A stretch of DNA of 60,893 nucleotides, the filler included. It is 7 parts of 7 records of this genome, joined end to end, with 100 filler letters (N's around TTAATTAATTAA, not from the genome) between each part and the next. Parts side by side here need not be neighbours in the genome. Positions count along the whole stretch, not along the records: positions 14,236 to 19,746 come from SRR2962707_1793; positions 19,847 to 28,313 come from SRR2962707_1795; 5 more parts are not named here. The stretch is one strand, 5' to 3'. Positions within the stretch are counted from its first letter, which is position 1. The number at the start of each line of letters is the position of its first letter. The position numbers and the translations under genes were made by a program. This document shows positions 17,041 through 28,313 of the stretch, piece by piece. The notes under the pieces were generated by a model. The model ran no database searches and was not told the DNA's origin. It saw nothing but the letters and a program-made list of their open reading frames with translations.

Positions 17041-19746
17041 ATGAGTAATACTAAAACGAGTCTAGAACTTACACGGCGGTTTAATAAATCAGCATTGTTA
17101 TTGGCAGTAATGGCTAGTTGCAATGGTGCTTATGCACAAGAAACTCAAGCAGTACAAGAAAGTGACTTGGAAGTGATCGAAGTGAGAGGTATTCGTTCTT
17201 CAACAGCGGAAAACCTTGCTATTAAGCGTCTTTCAGCTGCAACGGTAGATGCAATCACTGCTGAAGATATAGGCAAGTTCCCCGATAAGAACGTTGCTGA
17301 TTCATTACAACGTGTGTCTGGGGTATTAATAGATCGAGACGGTGGCGAAGGGAGCAGAGTCAGTATTCGTGGTACATCGCCAGATTGGACGCTGACACAG
17401 TTAAACGGTAATTATATTGCTTCTTCTGGTGCTGGTGTACCAACACGTAGTTTTAATTATACTTTGTTGCCATCAAGTATGATCAGTAGTGTGGAAGTTT
17501 ATAAAAGTGCAGAAGCTCGCATTGATGAAGGTGGCATCGGCGGCACTGTTATATTGCACACACGCAAACCATTAGATATGGAAGCTAATTCAGGCGTACT
17601 AAGCCTTGAAGCAACTTATGATGATGTGTCAGAAGATATTAAACCACAAATGAATGTGCTGTATTCTTGGAAGAATTCAGATGAAAATTTTGCAATGCTC
17701 GCTGGATTTACTCGTCAAGATAAAACAGTAACTAGCATTACCAATAACGCTTCACACTGGCGTTTCCACTCAGATACCGTGGAAGGTGCTGAGCGTCCTG
17801 CAATTGTAGATCAAGCGACTGGGGAGGTTTATAACAATGTATGGGCACCACGGGCTATGAGCGCTGGTAACTCAACAGAAGATCGTACTCGTGATGGCTA
17901 TCAAGTGGCTATTCAATGGATGCCAACAGATAAACTCGACTTAAATTTAAACTACTTTGGTGCAAAACTAGATTATAACTCATCGTCACAGAGCGTATTG
18001 TTTGCGGAGTGGAATGATAACCATAACCCTTACTATGGGGTTGTCTTAGATGGTGATACCGTTGTTGCCTATGGTAATGCAGATAATGGCTTGCTAAATG
18101 ATAATAATTGGGGCGATGCTGATGTAAATAACGGCGTACCAGTTCGTAGAGGTTTATTATCTCCACAGTTAACCGGCAGAGAAAGAGTGGGGGAGTCTAA
18201 ATCTGAAACGTTTGATTTTGAGGCTAAATATTATGGCGATTTATTTACTGCAACATTTAAAGTGGGTCACACAGAAGCTGAAGGCGGCACTTCGCGGGAA
18301 ACATATGCCAATATTGATGCTCGTCAAGGTTCTGTTAATAGCTGGCTGTGGTCAACAGAGGGTGGCAAGCCAAGCTATGAAGTTTCTACAGACTTAGCCT
18401 CTGATAAACAAGCCTATCAATATTATGACTGGTTTGATTCCTATTCTTCTGAAAATAAAGATACAGAAGATTATGCACAAGCAGATTTGCAATTTGATAT
18501 TGATACGGGAATTTTTACAACGTTCTTTGTTGGTGCTAAGTATCGTAACCACGAAATTAAAGGGATTAAAAACGATTTTCGCTGGGATGACGGTATCGCT
18601 GATAATGGTGGATACCGCGGTTATTTGTCTGGTAATGAATGGTTCCATAACCCCGATTTTCATCCTGATCCGGAAACACTGGTCAGTGATACTGTGGTTG
18701 ATAACAGTGCGGGAAATACCGGAGCATTCAACTTTTTAGCTTTTGATTTCGCATCTCTTGATACCTATTTACGTAATAACTTCACGCAAACAGTAGTTCC
18801 TTCGTTAGGAGGAACCTACACTCTAGAGGAAAAAATTTGGTCTGTGTATGCGCAAAGTAACTTTGAGTGGCAAGATTTTCGAGGTAACTTAGGTGTTCGC
18901 TACGTGAATACTGATTTAAGTACATTGACCTATGATGATGTGGTTGGCCAAGATAATACTGATGCCACTGCAAATGAGCGTTCTAGTGATGATGGTGAAT
19001 TTTTGCCAAGCTTTAACCTTGCGTGGGATGCAACCGAAGATCTAGTTGTTCGTTTTGCAGCTGCACGCGCTATGTCACGTGTTAGTTATTCTGATTTGAG
19101 TCAAGCTGAGTCTTACGGGCCGCCAGTTAATATAAACTCCCCAGATTCTTGGACTGGCCGTGGTACTGGCACATCGGTTAATACGGGCTTAGATCCAATG
19201 CTATCTGACCAGTTTGATTTAGGTATTGAATGGTATTACGGTGAAGGTTCTGCTTTAGGTGCAACGTACTTTACTAAAGATATTTCTAACTTGCCTATTT
19301 CTGCTGTTGAAATTGTTCAACGCGAACATGATTGTTGTAATGGCCCAATTGAAGTTGAAATGAATACTAAAGTTGCTGGTGGAGATGCTGAATCCCAAGG
19401 AGTTGAGTTATTTTTTCAACACTCTTTCAACAGTGGCTTTGGAGTCTTAGCAAACTATACATTTACAGACACAAGTACTAGCCAAGTATCAACAAACGGC
19501 CAAAAAACAGATGCTGAGATTCCTGGAACGGCCAAGCACCAATATAATTTGTCTGTGTACTTTGAGAATGATGACTTTAGCGTAAGGGCTTCGTATAACT
19601 GGAAAGATGACCGAGCAAATGGTATTCATCAAGGTTATAATTTATACACCAAAGATTATGGTCAACTCGATGTGAATGCAGCTTATAATTTAACTGAACA
19701 ACTGTCTTTAACAGCTTCTGTGGTTAACTTAACTGAGGAAGTTGAA
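17041..19746 (+). CDS. TonB-dependent receptor (C-terminus truncated by the contig end)
   Basis: Signal peptide; TonB box LEVIEVRGIR; plug DAITAEDIGKFPDKNVADSLQRV, SIRG; beta-barrel strands. Confidence 0.95.
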
Positions 19747-19846
19747 NNNNNNNNNNNNNNNNNNNNNNNNNNNNNNNNNNNNNNNNNNNNTTAATTAATT
19801 AANNNNNNNNNNNNNNNNNNNNNNNNNNNNNNNNNNNNNNNNNNNN
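19747..19846. other. Synthetic contig linker
   Basis: N-run with TTAATTAATTAA. Confidence 0.98.
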
Positions 19847-20200
19847 CTTGTCCCACCACATCTCGGCAGTCCTGCCACCATAGGGGTAGACAATCATCTT
19901 GTCGGCTTTGCCACAGGATTGACGCATCACCTTCTCGCTTGGAAGTCCCAGAGCCACCCACACATCAAGCTCTCCACTCAGGCTTTTCTGCCAAATGTCT
20001 GGCTCATCATCCGTTGAAAGGCCCTTGGTCATTTCCAAATGCTCATGGGCATTTAGTGCAAAAGCGAGAATGCGCACCATCAGCCGTTCATCTGTCTCTG
20101 AGGGATGCTTGGCGACGGTCAGTTTATGGGTCTCATAATAGTGACGATCCATATCGGAAACGGACAGTTCAACTTTATAAATGGTGGCTTTTTGCGCCAT
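19847..20200 (-). CDS. yaeQ: YaeQ family protein (partial)
   Basis: MAQKATIYK...DMDRHYY...AKHPSETDERLMVR...TKGLSTDDEPDIW. Confidence 0.92.
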
Positions 20201-20652
20201 GATTTTTCCCAAATCCTTAAAGATTGGGATGCCTACTCCGTCTGGTGACTTTTGGAAAGGAGACACAATGGCTGCGCGTGAAGCGGGGCAACACAATCCG
20301 TGGATGACGCCTGTGGTTCTAAGCAGTGCGGAATACGGTCTCAAAGCCACGGATTCACAGTGCTTCCGGCCGAAGCGCCCATTCGTCGTCCGTGTTGGGA
20401 ACGACAGCTAACATACCATATATTTTATACTTTGCCACGCAGCGAATGGCTTTTTTCTGTGCGATGACCCAGCATATTTCAGGATCTACCGGGGCTTTGA
20501 GGGGAGGTAGTTTGTGAAACCGAAACGGACCAAACGTTCACAAGAATTCTGAACGTTGGACCCGTTTCGATATGCAGGGCCCTATGGCTGGAACGCAGCA
20601 AGGCGTTTTGAAAGAGTTGAAGGTCAAAGACGACCTGACTTTGGAAAAATCC

Positions 20653-21699
20653 TTAATTCATGTCTTCCTTTAAGATGGCGCTGACTTTTTCGAGCACAAG
20701 GCCTGCATCGGATACGCCGCGTTTTTCCTGTACGCTTACCCAATCTGCCTGAACGTCACGATAACGTGTCCCCGCCGAAAAGGCTTCGACCTCTGCGTCG
20801 TCCAGCGTTCGCACTGTCGCGCCAAGTTTTTCCAATTCTTCCAGCTGGGCATCGAAGCTGCGATCCATCTCTGCACCCAACGCGCCATATGCGGTTTCGG
20901 CGGCGCGCTGGATGGCGTCCTTGTCGTCCTGCGCCAACCCGTTCCAAGTATCGCGGTTCATCACCACTGGATAGAGGTGCCCCAGCCAGAGGTCCTTGGA
21001 TACCAGCACATGAGGGGCCTGCTCGTATACGTTGAGGTTGAACCCACTGTCGACGTTGACCATCAATCCGTCGAGGGTGCGTGCAGCAAAGGCGTCATAA
21101 ACTTCCTGCCCCCATGGGATCCGGACTGCCTCTGCGCCGGTGTTGCCAAGAAAATCGAGATGCCAGAAGCTTGCGGAGCGCCAAGTGGTACCGCCGATCT
21201 CGCCCAGCGATGCCAACGGCTCCACGCTGTAGAAGGCTACGGGGAACCCTGTGCCCAGAAAGATCGGAACGACGTTGTTAGCCACGAACTCATCTGAGAA
21301 CTCCGGCACCTCGGCATACACTCGGCGGAAGAAAGCTACTTGCTCCTCTCCCGATGGCCCAGTGGGGAAACTCTTGAATATCTGATGGAGTGGAAGGTCG
21401 TCAGCAGTGTACTCCGGAACGGCGGTGGCGATTTCGGCAATGTCGCCTTTCGTTACCGCATCCAAGGCAGAGTAGGGGGCGGCAAGTTCCCCATCCCAAT
21501 GATCTTCGATTTTCAACCGTCCATTCGATTCATGCTCGATCGCCGGGAAAAACACTTCTTTGAGAAAGATCGTACGCATCTGATCCAACGGTTGATGGTC
21601 TGAATATCTGAGAATGGTTTCTGCGGATGCTGTTGCTGGGAGTAGAAAGGCTGACACAAAAAACCACAAAACCTTCTTGGCTAAGTGTTTCGTTTGCAT
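20653..21699 (-). CDS. TRAP substrate-binding protein DctP-like, with no adjacent dctQM
   Basis: Signal peptide; ESNGRLKIE; IPWGQEVYDAF...LDG; VMNRDTWNGL...AIQRAA. Confidence 0.82.
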   Translation of the reverse strand: MQTKHLAKKVLWFFVSAFLLPATASAETILRYSDHQPLDQMRTIFLKEVFFPAIEHESNGRLKIEDHWDGELAAPYSALDAVTKGDIAEIATAVPEYTADDLPLHQIFKSFPTGPSGEEQVAFFRRVYAEVPEFSDEFVANNVVPIFLGTGFPVAFYSVEPLASLGEIGGTTWRSASFWHLDFLGNTGAEAVRIPWGQEVYDAFAARTLDGLMVNVDSGFNLNVYEQAPHVLVSKDLWLGHLYPVVMNRDTWNGLAQDDKDAIQRAAETAYGALGAEMDRSFDAQLEELEKLGATVRTLDDAEVEAFSAGTRYRDVQADWVSVQEKRGVSDAGLVLEKVSAILKEDMN

Positions 21700-21792
21700 A
21701 GGAATCTCCGTTCTTGGGATGCGGTGGTGATGTCGGACACCAGAAAAACTGGCATGGGTTCATGCCGTTGCGGCTATAGAACTTGCAGTATA

Positions 21793-21806
21793 TGAATGAT
21801 CATTCA
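21793..21806. promoter_or_regulatory. TetR operator-like palindrome
   Basis: Perfect 14-bp palindrome TGAATGATCATTCA between the divergent dctP and tetR genes. Confidence 0.65.
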
Positions 21807-21822
21807 GCTTTGGAATTCGCAT

Positions 21823-22476
21823 ATGGAAATCACCCATCCTGAGACGCTCAAACCAAGAAAGACCCCTATCCAAGCCCGATCAGCAGCAACGGTTGATGCT
21901 ATATTCGAAGCCACCATTCAGGTTTTGTTGGCTGAAGGGACGCATCGACTGACAACAACCCGAGTGGCGGAGAGGGCTGGGGTCTCGGTCGGAACCATGT
22001 ACCAGTATTTCCCGCACAAGCAGGCGTTGATGTATGCGGTGGTTCATCAACACCTGACTGTGTTTATCGACGAGTTCGAGGTGGCCTGTATGCGGCATCG
22101 GAATGAACCGGTCGCCGATATGATCCAAGGCTTGGTTGCCGCGTTCCTCGACATCAAGATACGCCACACAGATGCGACACGCGCGCTGTACAAAGTTGCC
22201 GGAGAATTGGACACCGATGAACTGAGGTCAGGAACCGCCAAGAGGCTTACGAACGCCTGCGCAGCCTTATTGGGCAGCGCGACGGGTGCCAACTTTGAAA
22301 ACTTGCCCGACATAGCGTTCACGATGCTGACGGCCATGAATGGCACCACAAGAGCGGTTTTCGAATTCGGGGCCCAACCCGACATGGTTCAGATGCTTCG
22401 TGTCCAATTGTTGGCATTGTGTCAGGGCTACCTTCAAATATCGGCAGGGGACAACTGGAGCTTTCGAACCCAGTGA
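21823..22476 (+). CDS. TetR/AcrR family regulator
   Basis: PRKTPIQARSAATVDAIFEA...TTTRVAERAGVSVGTMYQYFPHK. Confidence 0.92.
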   Translation: MEITHPETLKPRKTPIQARSAATVDAIFEATIQVLLAEGTHRLTTTRVAERAGVSVGTMYQYFPHKQALMYAVVHQHLTVFIDEFEVACMRHRNEPVADMIQGLVAAFLDIKIRHTDATRALYKVAGELDTDELRSGTAKRLTNACAALLGSATGANFENLPDIAFTMLTAMNGTTRAVFEFGAQPDMVQMLRVQLLALCQGYLQISAGDNWSFRTQ

Positions 22477-22613
22477 TATTCGTTTGTCTGAACTGAGGTC
22501 GCTTCGCAAAGAAATGGTAAGAATGGTTATTGAAAGTTACCTCTGTATACGCCCTTTATTTTTTGACTGCGGTCCCGCACGTTCGTAACCTCTATAAACC
22601 TCAGGGTAAACAC

Positions 22614-23579
22614 ATGGCATCCTCCGCACAACATATTGATAGGCTCAGGTTGCGACATCTACGTTTGCTTGAATTGATTAACACCCACGGGTCGTTGCGC
22701 GAAGCCGGGGTTAAGTTGAACCTGACGCAACCCGCCGTGTCGCAGATGCTGAAAGACTTGGAGTTTGCTTTCGGGGTGCCGCTTGTGGACCGGTCCGTGC
22801 GCGGTGTCACGTTGCGGCCCGAAGGGCGGTTGGCATTGCAGCGTGCGCGCGCGGGTTTGGCGATGTTTGAAAAGCTCACCGTTGAGCTTGATCAAGAAGA
22901 GACACTGGTGTTGCAGATTGGTACTAATCCGACCCTTTTGGCGGGACTGCTGCCCAAGGCGCTTAGCCGATTGGACCACAACGACACGCTGGTGAAATAC
23001 AGCCTGCGCTGTGGCACGGTTGATGCGATGCTGCATGACCTGTCCGAGGGGGTCATTGATTGCTACATCGGGCGCGTCGATTGGGAACAAGTCCCGCGAA
23101 ACCTTTTCGATGTGATCGAACACACCCCGCTTTTGCAGGCGGATCTTGGGATTGTTTGCCCGAAAACACATCCTTTGGCGGTACAGTCACTGGTTCGGGC
23201 AAAAGATCTTGAGCGGGTGGAATGGGTTCTTCCGCCCCATGAAGCCAGCAACCGTCAAGCGCTCGAAGTCGGGATGAAAGCTTTGGGGTTGCAAAAGCCC
23301 CGCTACCGCATCGAGGCGGCAGGCGACCCGACCGCATTACTGCATCTTGCGCTGGAAATGAATTTGGTCACCTGCGTGCCCATGGTCTCATTGTTCAGCA
23401 ATATAAATGCCGACTTGTTTCATGTCTTGGATGTGCCCGACCTGTCGCTGCCGCCCGTCAAAACGGCGTTTGTCACAATGATCGCACCCAAGGAAATTCC
23501 GGCGATTGAGGCCTTGAGAGAGGCCGTGCTGAGTGTTGCGTCGCTTGATTTTGGACAAGGTCCACGCGCCAAGATTTGA
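22614..23579 (+). CDS. LysR family regulator
   Basis: LRLRHLRLL...GSLREAG..LNLTQPAVSQMLKDLE...LVDRSVRGV. Confidence 0.92.
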   Translation: MASSAQHIDRLRLRHLRLLELINTHGSLREAGVKLNLTQPAVSQMLKDLEFAFGVPLVDRSVRGVTLRPEGRLALQRARAGLAMFEKLTVELDQEETLVLQIGTNPTLLAGLLPKALSRLDHNDTLVKYSLRCGTVDAMLHDLSEGVIDCYIGRVDWEQVPRNLFDVIEHTPLLQADLGIVCPKTHPLAVQSLVRAKDLERVEWVLPPHEASNRQALEVGMKALGLQKPRYRIEAAGDPTALLHLALEMNLVTCVPMVSLFSNINADLFHVLDVPDLSLPPVKTAFVTMIAPKEIPAIEALREAVLSVASLDFGQGPRAKI

Positions 23580-23792
23580 TTGCGCAAAACCTGCGTGGTC
23601 AGGCTTTGCTCTGAGCATACATCGGCAAAACTTATCACACTAAAGATTCTGGCTTGTTTTCTTTGGGGCGGGTTGCGCGTAGCTATTAAGAACTTCGTGT
23701 CGGGAGGACATTCCGATTTTTTTGGCGTCGCTATTTGTTCACAGCGCTGCTTTGGAAAATCGGGTTCGAAGTGGAAAGACTAGGGGGGTGTC

Positions 23793-24242
23793 ATGAAGCG
23801 TGCAGATGCTATTTCAGGCGGAGTGCTATTCGCTTTTGCAGCCGTCATGCTGTTTTTTGTCATTCCTTCCCAAATCGAAACGGGACCATCTGGCATGGTG
23901 TCCCCAAGGCTTGTGCCCAATATTATGATGGTCGCGCTTGCGGGCTTGTCAGCGTTGCTGGTTTGGAAAAGTGCGGCAAACGTAAATGCCGATGATACTG
24001 CGGGTGATCCTGTCATCAGCCGCGCCGAACTTTGGGCGGCTCTCAAGCTCTCGTTGGTCTTTGCGGGCGCAATCGCGTCCTTCCTATGGGGGTCTGCTTT
24101 GATCGCGGGGGTGGTTCTTGTTTCCGGTTCCCTACTGGCTTTGGGAGAACGCCGCATTTGGGTTCTGATCCTGATGCCCGCAGCCCTAATGTTTGTCCTA
24201 TGGCTTGTTTTTTACATGCTGTTGGGCACGGCAATCATTTGA
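23793..24242 (+). CDS. tctB: Tripartite tricarboxylate transporter small subunit
   Basis: 149-aa protein with about four TM segments directly upstream of tctA. Confidence 0.8.
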   Translation: MKRADAISGGVLFAFAAVMLFFVIPSQIETGPSGMVSPRLVPNIMMVALAGLSALLVWKSAANVNADDTAGDPVISRAELWAALKLSLVFAGAIASFLWGSALIAGVVLVSGSLLALGERRIWVLILMPAALMFVLWLVFYMLLGTAII

Positions 24243-24249
24243 GGGTCTC

Positions 24250-25803
24250 ATGGAAAATTTGATTGTTGGTTTCGGCGATGTGTTTACGGGTGCCACATTG
24301 GTTTGGATCACTGTGGGCGTCGCGTTAGGATATGTTTTGGGGGCGATCCCCGGCCTTGGCAAAGCGACAGGCGTTGCCGTTTGTATCCCGTTGACGTTTT
24401 ATCTGACCCCCGTCGCGGCCTTGGGCATGTTGATCGGTATCGCAAAAGGTAGCGCAGCGGGCAGCGCGGTTTCCGCGATTTTGCTCAACACCCCGGGAGA
24501 GCCTTCCTCTGCGCCGACCGCCTTTGATGGGTACCCGCTGGCGCGTCAGGGCAAGGCACAAAAAGCACTCAAGATGGGGCTGTTTGCATCCGTGATCGGT
24601 GATTTCGTTTCAACGTTGATCCTGATCACGCTGGCCGCCCCATTGGCAAAATACGCCCTCCTGATCGGTCCGGTAGAAATTTGCGCTATTTTGCTCTTCT
24701 CGCTTACCTTTATTGGCGGGCTTGCTGGCAGTTCGATGGTCAAAGGTATGATTGCCGCCGTCATGGGCATCTTTTTTGCAACGATCGGCCTTGAGACGGA
24801 AACCTTTATCCCGCGTCTGACCTTTGGTTTTCTTGAGCTTGATGACGGTATTTCGCTGGTGCCCATGGCGATTGGGATGCTCGCAGTTGCTGAAATGGTC
24901 GCACAGGCGGGCAGGCTACGACAGCTTGATAGCGAAGCCGCTGAATTTATCAAAAGCGCACGCCCCGAAGACCAGACCGTCACGCGCGACGAATGGAAGC
25001 GCTGTGCGCCTGTGATTGCGCGGGGAACATTCATCGGTGCCGTGATCGGAATCATGCCCGGGCTCGGTGCCAGCGTTGGATCGTTCATGTCATACAGTGC
25101 GACCCGCAGGGCGTCCGCCACCCCTGAAAAATACGGCACTGGTATGATCGAAGGCGTCGCCGCAGCTGAAAGCGCAGACAATGCAGTGGTCCCGTCCAGC
25201 TTGATCCCGTTGTTCGCGCTTGGCATCCCGGGCAGCGTCATCGCGGCCATCTTGATCGCGGCGTTCATCTTGCATGGGCTCACGCCGGGGCCGCTCATGT
25301 TTGTCCAACAGCCGCGCCTTGTGTCGGGTCTATATGCGTCGATGATTTGCGCCAGCGTGATCTTGTTGATTATCGGCTATTTCGGTCAGCGCCTGTTTTC
25401 CCAGATCATCCACGTGCCTTTGCGCCTGCTGATCCCCGGAGTGCTGCTATTCTGTTGCGTCGGGGCATTCATGGAAACGGGCAGTATTTTTTCGATCTAC
25501 ATCATGCTGATCTTTGCGGTCTTGGGCTATCTCGCGCGGGCGTTGGATTTTTCCTTTGTCACCTTTCTGATCGGCTTTGTTATAGGGCCCAATCTGGAAT
25601 TCACATTCCGCCAATCAATCCAGCTGCTGAACCGTGATCCGGTGAACATGATCCACCATCCAATCGCGATCCTTTTCGTGCTGATGACCATCGCCACCGT
25701 GTGGTTGATCGGACGTCAGCAACGTACCCCCACAACCCCAAACATCGGCATCAAGACCGATACGACCCCATCAAACGAAACCCAAAGGGAGGAAATAAAA
25801 TGA
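24250..25803 (+). CDS. tctA: Tripartite tricarboxylate transporter large permease
   Basis: GAIPGLG, SAILLNTPG, FDGYPLARQG, GVAAAESADNA, LGIPGS. Confidence 0.95.
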   Translation: MENLIVGFGDVFTGATLVWITVGVALGYVLGAIPGLGKATGVAVCIPLTFYLTPVAALGMLIGIAKGSAAGSAVSAILLNTPGEPSSAPTAFDGYPLARQGKAQKALKMGLFASVIGDFVSTLILITLAAPLAKYALLIGPVEICAILLFSLTFIGGLAGSSMVKGMIAAVMGIFFATIGLETETFIPRLTFGFLELDDGISLVPMAIGMLAVAEMVAQAGRLRQLDSEAAEFIKSARPEDQTVTRDEWKRCAPVIARGTFIGAVIGIMPGLGASVGSFMSYSATRRASATPEKYGTGMIEGVAAAESADNAVVPSSLIPLFALGIPGSVIAAILIAAFILHGLTPGPLMFVQQPRLVSGLYASMICASVILLIIGYFGQRLFSQIIHVPLRLLIPGVLLFCCVGAFMETGSIFSIYIMLIFAVLGYLARALDFSFVTFLIGFVIGPNLEFTFRQSIQLLNRDPVNMIHHPIAILFVLMTIATVWLIGRQQRTPTTPNIGIKTDTTPSNETQREEIK

Positions 25804-26756
25804 AAACTCTGTCCAAAAGAAAGCTGCTTGGCGGTGCCGTAGCACTTGCCCTCGCAACCACAGGCTTTGCTTCTGCAGCCTTTGCCAGCGACGCCTATCC
25901 TGACAAACCGATCACGATGCTTGTCGGCTACGGGGCAGGCGGGCAAACCGATCTGGTTGCGCGTGCGGCGGCCAAAGTCATGGCCGAACAGTTGGGCCAG
26001 CCGATCAATGTCGTGAACAAGCCGGGTGCTGGTGGCGCAGTCGCCGCGCGTGAACTGAAAGGTGCGACGCCGGATGGCTACACCATTCTGTTCCACGCAA
26101 ACACAGTTGTGAATTCGGCCCCCTTTGTAATGGACCGGGTCGACTTTACGCCGGATGATTTTGACTATGCTGGCATGATCACATCCTACCAAGGGGGGCT
26201 TGCTGCTCCGAAAGACGCGCCTTTTGATACGTTGGCCGAATTCGTGGCGTGGGCCAAAGAAAACCCCGGTTTTGCCTATGGCGCGCTTAGCCCCGAGGCA
26301 CGGATGTACATCGAACGCATCGCCGAAAAAGAAGGTTTGCAGGTCAACATCGTCCCGTTGAAAAGCGGCGCCGAGATGCTGAATGCCTTGCTGGGCGGTC
26401 AGGTCATGATGGCGCTGTCTGGTGGGATTCACTACCGCTACCCGGACGAGCTGAAAACCATTACCGCGCTGACGTCCTTTCGCCACCCGTCGGCACCAGA
26501 TGTGAATACCATCGAAGAAGACGGGTATCCGCTGGCCATGGACAGCCGCACGACCGTGTTTTTGCCCAAAGGTACGCCTCGTGCGATCCTTGATACCTTG
26601 GCAACGGCGCTAAAGGCCGCTGAAACCGATGAGCAGTTCATCCAGATCACCCAAGCCGCTGACATCCCGATCCAGTATTTCGGTGTCGATGCAGCCACGG
26701 TCGAGATGAACGAAACATATGCCAAGAACAAGATCATCCTGGCACCCAGCAAGTAA
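25800..26756 (+). CDS. tctC: Tripartite tricarboxylate transporter substrate-binding (Bug) protein
   Basis: YPDKPITMLVGYGAGGQTD..AR; VVNKPGAGG; PDGYTI. Confidence 0.93.
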   Translation: MKTLSKRKLLGGAVALALATTGFASAAFASDAYPDKPITMLVGYGAGGQTDLVARAAAKVMAEQLGQPINVVNKPGAGGAVAARELKGATPDGYTILFHANTVVNSAPFVMDRVDFTPDDFDYAGMITSYQGGLAAPKDAPFDTLAEFVAWAKENPGFAYGALSPEARMYIERIAEKEGLQVNIVPLKSGAEMLNALLGGQVMMALSGGIHYRYPDELKTITALTSFRHPSAPDVNTIEEDGYPLAMDSRTTVFLPKGTPRAILDTLATALKAAETDEQFIQITQAADIPIQYFGVDAATVEMNETYAKNKIILAPSK

Positions 26757-26771
26757 CTATTGATCCCAATC

Positions 26772-26795
26772 CCAAGGGCGGTGCGCTGCCCTTGG
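26772..26795 (+). terminator. Intergenic stem-loop after tctC
   Basis: CCAAGGGCGG-TGCG-CTGCCCTTGG with no U-tract; probably a stability element. Confidence 0.5.
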
Positions 26796-26826
26796 ACCTT
26801 GCAAGATTTCCCTTCAGGAGGCCCCC

Positions 26827-28029
26827 ATGTACCAACCCCTAAAAGATGTCCGCGTCGTCGATCTTAGTCAGGTTCTGGCGGGCCCCTATGCGACCTATCA
26901 ATTGGCCTTGCTTGGGGCCGAGGTTCTCAAGATCGAGAAGCCGGGCGAAGGTGACTGGACCCGACACGGCGGCGGGGCCAACGGGTTGTCAAATGCGAAC
27001 ATGGGCCTTGGTTTTATGACCCAGAACGCCGGAAAAAAGTCGGTTACGATTGATCTGAAAAAACCTGATGGTCTGGCTCTGGTCAAAAAACTGATTGCGA
27101 CGGCGGATGTATTTGTCGAAAATTTCAAGCCGGGCGTTGCTGAACGTCTGGGGCTTGGCTTTGACGTGGTCCGCGAAATTGCACCAAATATCGTTTATTG
27201 TTCGATTTCTGCCTATGGTCAGGATGGGCCACTTCGTGAACGCCCCGCTTATGACCATGTCATCCAGGGGATGTGTGGTATCATGATGACAACTGGGCGA
27301 CCCGACGCGGGGCCCACCAAAGTCGGCGCGCCCTATGTTGATTATGCCACGGGTATGAATGCGGCGATGGCTATTATGTCGGGTCTGCTTGAAGTGAAAA
27401 GAACCGGCGCGGCCGTACGGCTTGATGTAGCGATGCTCGACACAGCCCTGATGCTAATGGCATCACTGATGACCCAGCATCTTTCGACTGGCTGGAAACC
27501 GGCACAGAACGGCAACGAGGCATGGAGCGCAAGTCCCTCGTCAGGGGCATTTGATACCGCTGATGGCGTGTTGATGTTGGCTGCAAATAATGACGTGCAG
27601 TTTGGGCGGCTTTGCCGGGGGCTGGATCGGCCAGATATACTGAACGATCCGCGGTGGGGCAGCCCGGAAAAGCGGGCACAAAACGGGGCTGAGTTGCGTT
27701 TGGAATTGATAAGCATTTTTGGCAGCGAAACAGCTGCCCATTGGGAGGAGGTATTGTCATATCATCAAGTGCCCGCTGCGCGTGTCCGGGGGCTGGACGA
27801 AGTACTGGCCGAAGGGCAAGTCCACGCGCGCGGGCTGACAGCATCCTTCACAATGCCCGAACACGACCGCCCCATTCAAGTTCCAACGATGAGCTTTAAG
27901 GCAAATGGAACGAACACGCCCCCGCAAAGCATACCGTCAAGACTTGGTGCCGATACAGATCATGCCTTGACTGATATCGGTCTTACTGCGGCTGAAATTG
28001 AAACTTATAAACTCAATGGGGTTATTTGA
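26827..28029 (+). CDS. CaiB/BaiF family III CoA transferase
   Basis: PLKDVRVVDLSQVLAGPYA; LGAEVLKIE; NAGKKSVTIDLK; ADVFVENFKPG; AYDHVIQG (catalytic Asp). Confidence 0.95.
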   Translation: MYQPLKDVRVVDLSQVLAGPYATYQLALLGAEVLKIEKPGEGDWTRHGGGANGLSNANMGLGFMTQNAGKKSVTIDLKKPDGLALVKKLIATADVFVENFKPGVAERLGLGFDVVREIAPNIVYCSISAYGQDGPLRERPAYDHVIQGMCGIMMTTGRPDAGPTKVGAPYVDYATGMNAAMAIMSGLLEVKRTGAAVRLDVAMLDTALMLMASLMTQHLSTGWKPAQNGNEAWSASPSSGAFDTADGVLMLAANNDVQFGRLCRGLDRPDILNDPRWGSPEKRAQNGAELRLELISIFGSETAAHWEEVLSYHQVPAARVRGLDEVLAEGQVHARGLTASFTMPEHDRPIQVPTMSFKANGTNTPPQSIPSRLGADTDHALTDIGLTAAEIETYKLNGVI

Positions 28030-28313
28030 AGGTCGAATATTAGCTGCAAAATCCGTTTCAGCTTTATCGAGCCAACAGCGCAAAAATGATGATGGAGTTA
28101 CTTCTCCAACCTGGTGTAGGATTTGGTAGAAGTTACATTGTGCCGTAAATTTTATTAGAATCCTCGCCACTCTCCGCTGCACGTAGTCTAGCCCAAGGCT
28201 TAGCGCGTTAGGCAAATTATTTACGGATCGGTTTTGCGTTGCCCGCCATGTGGAAACTTCTGTGCATTTCCTTAAGGGTTGCTTGTAGATATGTACGGAC
28301 TCTCGGGACACTT

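Noticed and set aside
28030-28313. AT-richer tail with a 124-aa minus ORF as a possible mobile element end
   Set aside because: No transposase motif or terminal repeat recognised; too short and truncated to call.
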